A DNA stretch of 64,000 nt from Bryobacteraceae bacterium (GCA_049516835.1 JBEKSR010000003.1:8302-72301), one strand, 5' to 3'. Positions 46,289 to 56,293 are shown, counted from the stretch's first letter. Made by a program: numbers and translations. The notes: generated from the letters alone by a model not told the origin.

Positions 46289-47747
46289 CTGTTTCCGTTA
46301 TCATAGCGTCTTGAGCCCCACAAAACGTGTCGTCACCGTGGCGCCCATGCCGCCGGAGAAGAGCGCCTACGCGCTGGCCCGCTACAGCCGCTCGCCCGAT
46401 TCCATTCGCGATTCCATCGAGTGGGTGCGCGCTCACGACTCGCAAAAATTTCTGGAGAGTTTCTATTTCCAGTATGGCCACGCCTCCATCGCCGACCTCG
46501 GCCATACGGTAATGTGCTTCGAGGGCATTTCCGAGCTGGCCGCCACCGAGATCGAAGAGGAGCCGCTCTGGGACGGCCAGGCAAGATCGTCGCGCTACCA
46601 GGATTTTTCGCGCTCCGGCTTCGTCGCGCCGCCGGAGTTTTCAGCCGGCGACGCCGAAGCCTACCGGACGGCGGGCGAGGCGCTGCTGGCGGCCTACGGC
46701 AAGGTGAACGAGCTGGCGTTTGCGCGGCTCTCGGAGCGCCTGCCGCGCCCCGACGCCATGAAGGCGGACGCGTGGCGGCGCAGTATCGCGGCGCGGGCCT
46801 TCGACGTGGCGCGGTACCTGCTCTTCTGGGGCGTGCCCACCAACGTGGGCCAGGTGACCACCATCCGCACGCTGGAAAAACAGATCAGCCGCCTGAGGGC
46901 TTCGGAGTACGCGGAAGTGCGCGAGCTAGGCGGGGAGATGGCACAGGCATGCGCGGCGGAACCGGACTGCCGCTGGGACCTCGAGGCGGCGGCCGAGCCG
47001 CCGGCGCCCACCCTGGCGCGCCACGCCGAACCCGACGAGCACGCCGCGCGTTCGCGGGAAGACCTGAAGCGCTGGGCGGAACAGAACCTGCCAGGCGGGG
47101 CGCCCCGCGGGCCGGCGCCCGAGCGCGTGGACCTGGTGCGCCCCACCGACACGCCGGCGGACATCGCCGCCACGCTGCTCTACCCGGTCACGGATCGCCC
47201 CTTCCGCGAGTTGTACGAAATCGCCCGCGGATGGAGCGCCGCCGAGCGCGCCGAGGTGATGGACGTGGCGCTTCGCTCGCGCACCGAGCGCGATGAGATC
47301 CTGGCCGGCTTCCGCGGCGGCCTCTACGCCTACGATTTCGTCATGGATATCGGCGCTTATCGCGATCTGCACCGGCACCGCCGCTGCCAGAAGTTTCGCC
47401 AGGCCTACTCCGGGAACCTGGGTTTCGACACGCCGAAGCTGGTCGCGGAGTGCGGAGCGGGGGAACTCTACGATTCCGCCATGCGCGGCGCTTTCGGGAC
47501 CATGCGCCGCCTCCGCGCGCCCGGAGCACACTACCTGCTGCCGTTCGGCGCGCGCGCGCGCTTTCTGTTCAAGATGGATTTCGCGGAAGCCGAGTACATA
47601 GCGCGGCTGCGCAGCGGCGTGAAGGGCCACTTCAGCTACCGCGAAATTGCGTGGGCGATGAAGCGCCAGATGGAGCAGACGGAGCCCGAACTGGGCCGCC
47701 TGATGGAAGCCACGCCGCCGTGGGTGGAAGACCCTCTGCGGCGATAG
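46281..47747 (+). CDS. ThyX-like FAD-dependent thymidylate synthase, long duplicated-domain form
   Basis: 'YALARYSRS' in the first half and 'YRDLHRHRRCQKF' in the second resemble a split RHR...S..RY ThyX motif. Start uncertain (ATG 46281, TTG 46311). Confidence 0.55.
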   Translation: MRICFRYHSVLSPTKRVVTVAPMPPEKSAYALARYSRSPDSIRDSIEWVRAHDSQKFLESFYFQYGHASIADLGHTVMCFEGISELAATEIEEEPLWDGQARSSRYQDFSRSGFVAPPEFSAGDAEAYRTAGEALLAAYGKVNELAFARLSERLPRPDAMKADAWRRSIAARAFDVARYLLFWGVPTNVGQVTTIRTLEKQISRLRASEYAEVRELGGEMAQACAAEPDCRWDLEAAAEPPAPTLARHAEPDEHAARSREDLKRWAEQNLPGGAPRGPAPERVDLVRPTDTPADIAATLLYPVTDRPFRELYEIARGWSAAERAEVMDVALRSRTERDEILAGFRGGLYAYDFVMDIGAYRDLHRHRRCQKFRQAYSGNLGFDTPKLVAECGAGELYDSAMRGAFGTMRRLRAPGAHYLLPFGARARFLFKMDFAEAEYIARLRSGVKGHFSYREIAWAMKRQMEQTEPELGRLMEATPPWVEDPLRR

Positions 47748-47775
47748 CCGGTTCTGCCACAATTACGACCTGAAG

Positions 47776-48562
47776 ATGACCACCCGCGCCTGGCGGATTC
47801 TCGGTCTGGTTTCGCTCGCGGCGCCCGTGCTGGTTGGGCAGCAGGGCGGCATCGGGGGTCCCGTAGCCGGATACGTCTTCGATCACTCAGCGCGGGCGCT
47901 GCGCCCAATCCTGGGAATTCCCGGCGCATGGCTCGCGGGCACGGTGGATGCCGGAGATGGCGTATTGGTGGCCTTCGCTCCCGGCGGTTGCGGACGACAG
48001 CGTCGTTGCCCCCGTGGGGTTGGCTTTCTCGCCCGATGGGCGCAGGCTGTATCTCGCCAGCTCCGCCGCGCGATCGGTAGATCTTCCTCAGTTCCAACGA
48101 AGCGGGATAATCCCGATTCGTCGATGCACACAAGGAACGGCCACTCAGTTCGTGGTTGACGGCAAGCCGTTCGTAGCCCTGACGGGAGAAATCGAGGGCG
48201 ACGATGCCACCAGTCTCGACAACATGAAGTGGATGTGGCCCGAGCTGGTGAAGATGAATCTCAACACCATACTTCCCGTGGTTTACTGGGAGCTGTTCGA
48301 ACCCGAGGAGGGCAAGTACGACTTCACCCTGGTGGACGGGATTGTCCAGGAAGGCCGGCGCAACCATCTGCGCATCTGTGAGGATGGCAGTCTTATGGAT
48401 GGCCGATGGGTTGCCGGGCGCCACTTGGATCACCGCGTAACTACCGTCGACAAAGACTGGTGGTACTGCGCGCCCGCCGTGCTGCTACAGGGTGGCTACA
48501 AGCGTCGTGACACTCACGACGAGAATGGTATCTTGCGCGTCAAGCTGTACCGCTACCAATGA
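47776..48562 (+). pseudogene. Mosaic of gene fragments: frameshifted secreted beta-propeller-like N-terminus joined to an internally deleted GH35/DUF5597-like beta-galactosidase
   Basis: 'MTTRAWRILGLVSLAAPVL...YVFDHSARALRPILGIPGA' switches frame near 47985 to 'VAPVGLAFSPDGRRLYLAS'. Next comes 'FVVDGKPFVALTGEI...WPELVKMNLNTILPVVYWELFEPEEGKYDF' (a GH N-terminal TIM-barrel start). It then jumps to a C-terminal-like 'GILRVKLYRYQ'. Confidence 0.5.
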
Positions 48563-48597
48563 GATCCGTGCCAGCCAGTTAAGGAGCCTACTTATCC

Positions 48598-49873
48598 ATG
48601 TCCCCGAGCGAGACTCTTGCCGAACGCCCCACGCGGGTGCGCTATTGGGTGATCGTCTTCGCGGTCACCCTGGCGGCGGTCACCTACATCGACCGGGTGG
48701 TGATCTCGTTCGCGGCCCCGTCTATCCGCCACGAGCTGGGCCTGACCGCGGTGCAGATGGGATGGGTGTTCGCGGCGTTCAACTGGGCCTACGCCATGTT
48801 CGAGATTCCGGGCGGATACCTGGGCGACTGGATCGGCCCGCGCAAAGTGCTGATGCGCATCGTGCTCTGGTGGTCCACGTTCACGGCCGCCACGGGGTGG
48901 GCGTGGAGCTTCCCCGCGCTCGTGGGCACGCGCTTCCCCAACGTGGCCAAGATCTTCACCACCTGGCTGCCGGACCGGGAGGGCGTGCGGGCGCAGGGCA
49001 TCATGTGGCTGAGCGCGCGCTGGGCGGGGGCGTTCACGCCGCCCCTGGTGGCCCTGATTATGGGCCTGGTGGGCTGGCGGCACGCCTTTGGAATCTTCGG
49101 CTGTCTAGGCGTAGTGTGGGCCGCGCTGTTCTTCCTGTGGTTCCGCGACGACCCCATGCAGAACCCCAAGCTGAACGCCGCCGAGCGCGAGTTGCTGCGC
49201 GGGAGCTCGAAGATGGCAGCCGGCCACGGCGACGTTCCCTGGGGCAGGCTGGCGCGCTCGCCGCAGGTGTGAATGCTGTGCGGCCAGTTCTTCTGTCTCA
49301 ACTACGGGTGGTGGTTCTATGTCACGTGGCTGCCCACGTACCTGCGGGAGGCGCGCCACGTGGAGATCGTCTCCGCGGCGCTGTTAAGCGTGCTGCCGTT
49401 GTTCTGCGGGGGGCTTGGGGAATCCGGCCTGCGTGCTGCTGACGCGCGTGGTGACGCGCCGGACGGGGAGCGTGGCCCAGGCCCGCCGCCTGATGGGCTA
49501 CTTGGGATTCGCGGGCGCCTCGGCGTTCGTGCTGGTCTCGACCACGTTGCGCGACCCGCTGCTGGCCATGCTGGCCATCGGGGTGGCCAGCTTTTCGAAC
49601 GACCTGGTGATGCCGGGCGCCTGGACCGCAGCCATGGACGTGGGCGGCAAGTACGCTGGAACGGTTTCCGGCACCATGAACATGGTGGGAAACATCGGGG
49701 GCGCGCTGGCGCCCGTGGCCATCGGCTACATGCTGGCCTGGAGCCACGGCAACTGGAACCTGACGTTTTACATTTCCGCCGCGGTCTACGCCATGGGTAT
49801 TCTGTTTTGGGCGTTTCTGGATCCGGTCACGCCGATCGAGCGCGAAGCTAGCGCAGACAACGCGCTACGATAG
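48598..49873 (+). pseudogene. MFS transporter (ACS family) with nonsense and frameshift lesions
   Basis: In-frame TGA at 49270-49272, where homologues would have Trp ('SPQV*MLCGQFFCLNYGWWFYVTWLPTYL'). Frame change in the G-runs at 49408-49420 ('LFCGGLG|NPACVLLTRVV'). Probable short deletion in 'LVGTRFPNVAKIF'. Confidence 0.65.
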
Positions 49874-49907
49874 CGGTCAGTGTCGAATCCGGAGGAGGAT
49901 TTGCGAA

Positions 49908-51287
49908 ATGAGGCACGGGCGGTGGTTCGAATCAAAGACGTGGGGCGTCTTGCGGCGCCACCCCTACATCTCGAGTGCGGGGTTGATCGTGCTGGTGTTG
50001 GCTGCCGTGGTCCTTCGTTTGGCCCTCAGCATAGGTTTGATCGGTCAGGCGCACTTCACGCCCTCCGATCCGCCCAATCGGCCCATGGGGGTCGGTAAAG
50101 GCATTCACCCGGGCCGGGTCGTCTGGGTCCATGCGCCGGGTGCGGCAACCTGGGACGGCAAGACCGGCAATTGGTGGGACGACGCCAACACGGATCAGCG
50201 CGTGGTCGACCAGATGGTTTCGGATTCTCTCCGAGACCTCACCGGCGAAGCGACGGACGGGCAGGCCTGGGAGATGCTCTTCCGCGATTTCAACCGCACC
50301 CGGAACCTGGGCGACAGCGGCTACCAGCCTGGTGAGAAGATTGCGATCAAGATCAACGCCAACCAGGACCGCGATTCAAAATGGGGTACGGGAAAAGGAC
50401 TCCCCAGCCCCCACGTGGTCTACGCGGTGCTGGCTCAGCTCGTGAGCACAGCGGGCGTCCCTGCCCAAGACATCACGGTTTATGACGCCACGGCAGGAAG
50501 GAGCATCGGCGCGCCGATTGTCGACAAGGTGCGGGCCAACCCGGGCCTGCGCGCGGTGCAGTTCGTGGTGGGCCCGGATCGTGGAGGAGACGGCCGAACG
50601 GCAGCCAGCCCGGACCTGACCGCCGCCATCCACTTTGCCGGGCCGGGGATGGAGCCGGCGTACTTGCCGCGGACGGTCACGGAGTCGAAGTACCTCATCA
50701 ACCTGGCGCTGTTTCGGGCACATTTCATGCTGGGGGTCACGCTCACGGCCAAGAATCACTTCGGCTCGGTGTATTTCAAGAAGAGTGGGACCTTCTCGCC
50801 CAGCCCGTTGCACGGATGCGGGATGAAGGTGAACCCGGAGGGGTCGTACAACTGTCTGGTGGAGCTGATGGGGCACAAGCAACTGGGGGGCAAGACGCTG
50901 CTGTACATGCTGGACGGGCTGTACCCGGCCAAGCACAACGAAGGCGGGGTGATTCGCTTCGCCTCATTCGGCAACCACTGGGCCTCGAGCGTTTTCGCCT
51001 CGCAGGACCCGGTGGCCATCGATTCCGTGGCGGTCGACTTCCTGCGAAACGAGCCCAACCTGGAGGGCACGGTTACCGGCCACGTGGACAACTACCTGCA
51101 CGAAGCGGCGCTGGCGGGAAAACCGCCCTCGGGGACGGTCTACGATCCGGATGGCGACGGCAGGCGGCTCTCGAGCCTGGGCGTCCACGAGCACTGGAAC
51201 AACGCAGCCGAGAAGAAATACTCCCGCAATCTGGGCAAGAGTGAAGGCATCGAGCTGGTGGCCCGGGAAATTCCAGCGGGGCGCTGA
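49908..51287 (+). CDS. DUF362 domain protein with N-terminal membrane anchor
   Basis: 'IAIKINAN', 'PHVVYAVLAQLVSTAGVPAQDITVYD' and 'SQDPVAIDSVAVDFL' fit DUF362. TM helix 'AGLIVLVLAAVVLRLAL'. Confidence 0.7.
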   Translation: MRHGRWFESKTWGVLRRHPYISSAGLIVLVLAAVVLRLALSIGLIGQAHFTPSDPPNRPMGVGKGIHPGRVVWVHAPGAATWDGKTGNWWDDANTDQRVVDQMVSDSLRDLTGEATDGQAWEMLFRDFNRTRNLGDSGYQPGEKIAIKINANQDRDSKWGTGKGLPSPHVVYAVLAQLVSTAGVPAQDITVYDATAGRSIGAPIVDKVRANPGLRAVQFVVGPDRGGDGRTAASPDLTAAIHFAGPGMEPAYLPRTVTESKYLINLALFRAHFMLGVTLTAKNHFGSVYFKKSGTFSPSPLHGCGMKVNPEGSYNCLVELMGHKQLGGKTLLYMLDGLYPAKHNEGGVIRFASFGNHWASSVFASQDPVAIDSVAVDFLRNEPNLEGTVTGHVDNYLHEAALAGKPPSGTVYDPDGDGRRLSSLGVHEHWNNAAEKKYSRNLGKSEGIELVAREIPAGR

Positions 51288-51295
51288 GCGCGGTC

Positions 51296-51925
51296 TCACC
51301 TATCCTCAATCGTGAAGTTGGTGGTCGCCGCCAGGGACTTTGCCTCGCCGGCGGTGATCGTCCAGCCGGGCGGACGTCTCTGGCCAGTAGGTGGTCTGCC
51401 GATGCGAATATGGGCGGTGTCGCCGAGCTTCAGTCCAAGCGACGAATCAGCCAGTCCGCAGTAGTCGCCATTGGCGACGCAAATATGCGTCAGTCCGCCG
51501 CCGATCGGCAATATGCTGGAAACGCGTCCCTTCACGATGCGGTGGCTGTCTACATATTCAAAGATGGGCATTCGGTCTAGCTCGCGGCTGGTGGCGGAAA
51601 ACTCGCGGAGAGTTTCACCGCCGCCCGTGCCGGCTCCGCCGGTGAGGTAGACCGCGAAACGTCTTTCGCCGCCAACGCCCACAAACATCAGAGCATAGAA
51701 TATGGCGACAAAAACCACCAGGCACGCGAGGGCCGACGCCAGGCCCGACAACCCTTTTACGACATCCAGCATCTTGCTGTTTGTCGCCCAATAAGTGAAA
51801 TGACCTCGCCGGGTGCCGGCGTCCGCCGTCTGCCACATTGAGGCAAAGTGGTCAATTGCGAGAGTGGCCGCAAATATGGCCGCAAACAAGGCAAAACAAG
51901 CCAACGAGATGAATAGGAACACCAT
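51296..51925 (-). CDS. Hypothetical membrane protein
   Basis: ATG 51925 is preceded by GGAGGAACC. Two TM helices and a Gly-rich linker 'GGAGTGGG'. No family recognised. Confidence 0.45.
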   Translation of the reverse strand: MVFLFISLACFALFAAIFAATLAIDHFASMWQTADAGTRRGHFTYWATNSKMLDVVKGLSGLASALACLVVFVAIFYALMFVGVGGERRFAVYLTGGAGTGGGETLREFSATSRELDRMPIFEYVDSHRIVKGRVSSILPIGGGLTHICVANGDYCGLADSSLGLKLGDTAHIRIGRPPTGQRRPPGWTITAGEAKSLAATTNFTIEDR

Positions 51926-52264
51926 GGTTCCTCCTCTCAACCGGAATTTCCATCTTGGACTTTCCGGCCCTATTCAGTCTACCTCCAGCCGCCATCCTTC
52001 GATCCTGCAAGCTGCATTTTTCCCTCCGGGAGCCGTCTTCGGCTCCACCCAGCGCCGCTTTCGCCCTGCCGCAAGGAGACCAAAACCGGCAAACCTTGCT
52101 AACGATCCAGCGGGCCGTCACTGTTTGTTCCGGCCGAGCGACCGGGCACTCGGAGAGTGGCGCACGCACGGCCACGCGGCGCGGCATTCCCGGCTGTGTT
52201 TCAGAGGCGGCGTTGCGGCGCGTCTTCGGCGGGATGTGGTACCTTATGCCACGGGAAGTCTACC

Positions 52265-53449
52265 ATGCAAAGGCGAAGTTTTCTCAAAACCATTCCGGCG
52301 GCGGCGATGCTGCCGGCTGTCCAATCGGCGCCGCGGATGAAGATCGCGGACATCCGGGTGGTCTCGCTGAAGACCATCCGGGAAACCGGCACCATGGAGG
52401 CGGCCTGGAACCCGGGTACCCGGACCACCCATCGGATGGGCGGCGGTTCCTTCACGGAGATCCGGACAGACCAGGGGCTGACGGGGATCGGGCCAGGCAT
52501 GGAGGCCGCGTCCGTGCCCGCCGCCAAAGCCCAATTGCTGGGCAAGGATCCCTTCGACATCGAACAGTGCGCCGGCCCGCTGCGGTATTACCTGGGCGCC
52601 AGCTCGCGCGCGGTAGCGAGTCTCGAGATCGCCCTCTGGGATCTCATCGGCAAGGCGGCCCAACAGCCGCTCTACAAGCTCTGGGGGGCGGCCAAGGAAC
52701 GCGTGCCCGCGTATGCCAGCATGATTCAGCTTTCGACGCCCGAAGAAAGAGCGCGGATGGCGGTCGAACTCAAAGCCCAGGGTTGGAAAGCCATCAAGCT
52801 GCGGCTGCATTACCAGACCATGAAGGAAGATATCGGGCTGGTCGAGGCGGTCAGGAAGGCGGTTGGCGAAGACATGGGGATCATGACGGACGCCAACCAG
52901 GCGCAATCCGCGGGCACGTGGCAACCCGGAGTGCAGTGGGATTTCCGCCGGGCCGCGGAGACCGCGCGCGAGTTGCAGCGCCTCAAAGTGCTGTGGCTGG
53001 AGGAGCCGTTGTGCCGCTACGATTTCGACGGGCTGGCCGAACTGAACCGGCTGGTGGATATCCCGATCGCCGGAGGAGAGAACAATCACGGAGTACACGA
53101 GTACCGCTGGATGCTGGAGAGAAGCGTGTTCGACATTCTCCAGCCGGACGTGATGGTGGCGGATGGAGTCACGGGATTCCGCCAGATCGCGGGGCTGGCA
53201 GCGGCGTTCAACAGGCGGATTATTCCGCATCACGGCGGCGGGAACCTGGGGACGATTGCCCAACTCCACTCGATAGCTTGCTGGCCGCACGCGCCCTGGA
53301 TTGAGCTTTTGCACGACCCGCCGACGGCGGCATACATGAACGGCTTCGCCATTATGGAAGACCCGCCGCTGGTGGACAGAGAAGGGTATCTGAACCTGCC
53401 GCAGGGGCCGGGATTGGGTGTCGCGATCCAGAAAGAGCTGATGGCGTAG
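52265..53449 (+). CDS. Mandelate racemase/muconate lactonizing enzyme family protein (enolase superfamily) with TAT signal
   Basis: 'MQRRSFLKTIPAAA' is a textbook twin-arginine motif. 'EIALWDLIGK', 'IMTDANQA', 'LWLEEP' and 'IAGGEN' fit the MR/MLE metal-ligand pattern. Confidence 0.85.
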   Translation: MQRRSFLKTIPAAAMLPAVQSAPRMKIADIRVVSLKTIRETGTMEAAWNPGTRTTHRMGGGSFTEIRTDQGLTGIGPGMEAASVPAAKAQLLGKDPFDIEQCAGPLRYYLGASSRAVASLEIALWDLIGKAAQQPLYKLWGAAKERVPAYASMIQLSTPEERARMAVELKAQGWKAIKLRLHYQTMKEDIGLVEAVRKAVGEDMGIMTDANQAQSAGTWQPGVQWDFRRAAETARELQRLKVLWLEEPLCRYDFDGLAELNRLVDIPIAGGENNHGVHEYRWMLERSVFDILQPDVMVADGVTGFRQIAGLAAAFNRRIIPHHGGGNLGTIAQLHSIACWPHAPWIELLHDPPTAAYMNGFAIMEDPPLVDREGYLNLPQGPGLGVAIQKELMA

Positions 53450-53498
53450 AAGCTGCCGGGCCAAGCTCAATTGCCCACGGGTGTTATGATGCGGGTCT

Positions 53499-54803
53499 AT
53501 GCGCGACGTGAACGTAGGGATAGTGGGTCTGGGCAACATCGGCTCGGGCACGCTGAAGATTCTGGCGGAGAACGCCGATCATATCGCTCTCAAGCTGGGG
53601 TTTCATCTGCGGGTCGGGGCCGTCTGCGATCTGTTGATCGATGCCAAGCAGATTCCCGAATCGCTGGGACCGGTTTTCAAGACCAACGACTGGCGGCGGT
53701 TGATCGAACATCCGGGCCTGGATATCGTGGTCGAACTGGTTGGCGGCACGGCCGTCGCCGCCGAGATCATCCATGCCGCCATCGCGGCGAAGAAGTCGGT
53801 GGTCACGGCGAATAAGGAACTAATGGCGTTGAGCGGCGCGGAAATCTGGGAGCGCGCCATCCAAGCCGGAACCAATGTCGCCATGGAGGCCAGCGTGGCG
53901 GGCGGGATTCCCATTCACACCGTGCTGCGAGAAGGCATCTCGGGCGACCGCGTGGTGGCGCTCTACGGCATCCTCAACGGCACCAGCAACTACATCCTCA
54001 CCGAGATGGAGCAGCACGGCTCGCCGTTCGAAGCCGTGCTGGGGGAGGCGCAGCGGCTGGGATACGCCGAGGCCAATCCCAGCAACGATATCGATGGCTT
54101 CGACGCGCGCTCGAAGCTGGCCATCCTCTCCGCGCTGGCCTTCGGCGAGAAGATCACGCCGGGGGACATTTTCACCGAAGGGATTCGCCGCCTCTCGCCC
54201 ATGGATTTCCAGTACGCGCACCGCCTCGGCCACACCATTCGATTGCTGTGCGCGGCGCGCCAGACGCCCGAGGGGTTGATCCTGTCGGTGCGTCCGGCCC
54301 TGATTCCGCAGACCGCCATTCTGGCGAGCGTGCGCAGCTCCTACAACGCCATCTGGGTGCAGGGGACCTACGGCGAGGACACGTTCTACTACGGCCGCGG
54401 CGCTGGTCCCAGACCCACCGGCGTGGCCGTGGTGAGCGACCTGATGAGGGTGGCGCGCGAGATTCTGGGCGGCAGCCCCACGCGCGTCTCGCCGTTCGCG
54501 CATCAGCGCCTGGGCGAATACAAGCCCATCCCCGTGACGCTCCAGACGCGCTCCTACTACGTGCGGTTCCGCGTCCGCGACCAGCCGGGCATCATCGCGG
54601 CGCTGTCGGGTATCCTCGCCGCGAAACGCATCGGCATCGAGGCCGTGCTTCAACTGCCGCACGAGAACAAGCTGGATCTGCCATTCGTGATCACGCTCGA
54701 ACCCACCACCGAGGAAGCCGTGCGCCAGGCCGCCGCGGAGATGTCCCAGCTCGACTTCCTGTTGGAACCGCCGTTGGTGTTGCCGATGGAGCCGCCTCTG
54801 TAG
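53499..54803 (+). CDS. hom: Homoserine dehydrogenase
   Basis: 'VGIVGLGNIGSG' (NAD site), 'VVTANKELMA', 'LNGTSNYILT' and 'GYAEANPSNDIDGFDA', plus a C-terminal ACT-like domain. Confidence 0.9.
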   Translation: MRDVNVGIVGLGNIGSGTLKILAENADHIALKLGFHLRVGAVCDLLIDAKQIPESLGPVFKTNDWRRLIEHPGLDIVVELVGGTAVAAEIIHAAIAAKKSVVTANKELMALSGAEIWERAIQAGTNVAMEASVAGGIPIHTVLREGISGDRVVALYGILNGTSNYILTEMEQHGSPFEAVLGEAQRLGYAEANPSNDIDGFDARSKLAILSALAFGEKITPGDIFTEGIRRLSPMDFQYAHRLGHTIRLLCAARQTPEGLILSVRPALIPQTAILASVRSSYNAIWVQGTYGEDTFYYGRGAGPRPTGVAVVSDLMRVAREILGGSPTRVSPFAHQRLGEYKPIPVTLQTRSYYVRFRVRDQPGIIAALSGILAAKRIGIEAVLQLPHENKLDLPFVITLEPTTEEAVRQAAAEMSQLDFLLEPPLVLPMEPPL

Positions 54804-54847
54804 GGGGTTCCGAATACTCAACTACCGGGGAGGGACTCGGGGAGCTC

Positions 54848-56116
54848 ATGCAATCGTCAGGCACAGCGTCGGCAGGAGGCGCCGTGGGAAAGGTGTCCCG
54901 GGAGTTTCAGGTCTTTGTCAAGCCGGCCGGGGCCGTCTGCAATCTCGATTGCCAATACTGCTATTACCGGGACAAGCGGAGCCTCTATCCGGATACCGGC
55001 GTGTTCCGGATGCCGGAAAGCCTGCTGGAAGAGTACATCGTCCAGCACATCGAGGCCGCGGCCGGGCCGGAGATTGCCTTCTCGTGGCATGGAGGAGAAC
55101 CCACCACGCTGGGCGTGGACTTCTTCCGCAAGGCCGTCGAGCTTCAGCGCAAGCACAGGCCCGCCGGCTGGCGCATTCGGAACGGCATCCAGACTAATGG
55201 CGTCCTGCTGGACGAAGAGTGGTGCCGCTTTCTGGCGGCGGAGGAGTTCCGGGCCGGTCTCAGCCTGGATGGCCCGGCGGAACTGCACGACCCGTACCGG
55301 GTGACCAGGGGCGGCCAACCGACTCACCAGCAGGCCATGCGCGGGTACCACCTGCTGCGCCAGCATGAGGTCCCCACCGACATCGTGTGCACGGTGCACA
55401 ACCTGAACGTCCGGTATCCGCTCACGGTCTACCGGTTCTTCCGGGAAATCGGCTGCCGGTATCTGGGCTTTCTTCCGGTTGTGGAGAGCGCGCCGGAGGC
55501 GCCGGACGGGGTCGGCCCGTATACGCCATCGGCGGAGGCCTATGGAGCCTTTCTGTGCAAGATCTTCGATGAATGGATCGAGCGGGACACCAGCCGGATG
55601 GCGGTGCAGACTTTCGAGGAGGCGGCCCGGCCGGCCCTCGGCATGGAGCACTCGTTGTGCGTGTTCCGCGAGACCTGCGGCCAGATCCCGGTGGTGGAAC
55701 ACAACGGCGACTTCTTCCCGTGCGATCACTTCGTCGACCGCGAACACCGCTGGGGCAACATCCGCGAGACGCCTCTGGGGGAACTGCTGGAAAGCCCGGC
55801 GCAACGGGCTTTCGGGGAGGCCAAGCGGGACGGGTTGCCGCGTTACTGCCGCGACTGCGAAACGCTGGCCATGTGCCATGGCGGATGCCCTAAGTACCGC
55901 TTCATCCGGACGCCGGCGGGCGATGCGGGCCTCAACTACCTCTGCGCGGGGTTGAAGCGTTTCTTCCTGCACAGCCGGGCGCCGATCGAGCGAATCACGT
56001 CCCGGGAGCGGGAGCAGGCGCCCGGGCCCCGGACCGCGCCGGGCAAGGTGGGCCGCAACGATCCCTGCCCGTGTGGCAGCGGCCTGAAGTTCAAGAAGTG
56101 CTGCGCGGCCAGGTAG
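54848..56116 (+). CDS. Radical SAM/SPASM anaerobic sulfatase-maturating-enzyme-like protein with C-terminal SEC-C motif
   Basis: 'CNLDCQYCYY' (CxxxCxxC). SPASM-type Cys motifs 'CVFRETCG', 'FFPCDHF', 'CRDCETLAMCHGGCPK'. The terminal 'NDPCPCGSGLKFKKCC' is a SEC-C zinc motif. Confidence 0.8.
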   Translation: MQSSGTASAGGAVGKVSREFQVFVKPAGAVCNLDCQYCYYRDKRSLYPDTGVFRMPESLLEEYIVQHIEAAAGPEIAFSWHGGEPTTLGVDFFRKAVELQRKHRPAGWRIRNGIQTNGVLLDEEWCRFLAAEEFRAGLSLDGPAELHDPYRVTRGGQPTHQQAMRGYHLLRQHEVPTDIVCTVHNLNVRYPLTVYRFFREIGCRYLGFLPVVESAPEAPDGVGPYTPSAEAYGAFLCKIFDEWIERDTSRMAVQTFEEAARPALGMEHSLCVFRETCGQIPVVEHNGDFFPCDHFVDREHRWGNIRETPLGELLESPAQRAFGEAKRDGLPRYCRDCETLAMCHGGCPKYRFIRTPAGDAGLNYLCAGLKRFFLHSRAPIERITSREREQAPGPRTAPGKVGRNDPCPCGSGLKFKKCCAAR

Positions 56117-56293
56117 TGTGGCAGGCAGTTTTTTGTGGCGCCACTCAGCCTGGCGTACGCCCACGGTCGAAAACCAAAGAACACTCCATCTCCGAGTCGC
56201 GCGGCCAGGTAGTATTGCAGACCTGAAATGGTTTTTGGGCTTGCGCTGGCGGGCCAATCCGTTCGAAAATAGCGGCACGGGAGCACATCGGAA

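Noticed and set aside
49924-49933. GGTTCGAATC, identical to a tRNA T-arm/T-loop consensus.
   Set aside because: No acceptor, D or anticodon arms can be drawn around it, and it lies inside the first codons of the DUF362 gene. No tRNA is supported anywhere in the window.
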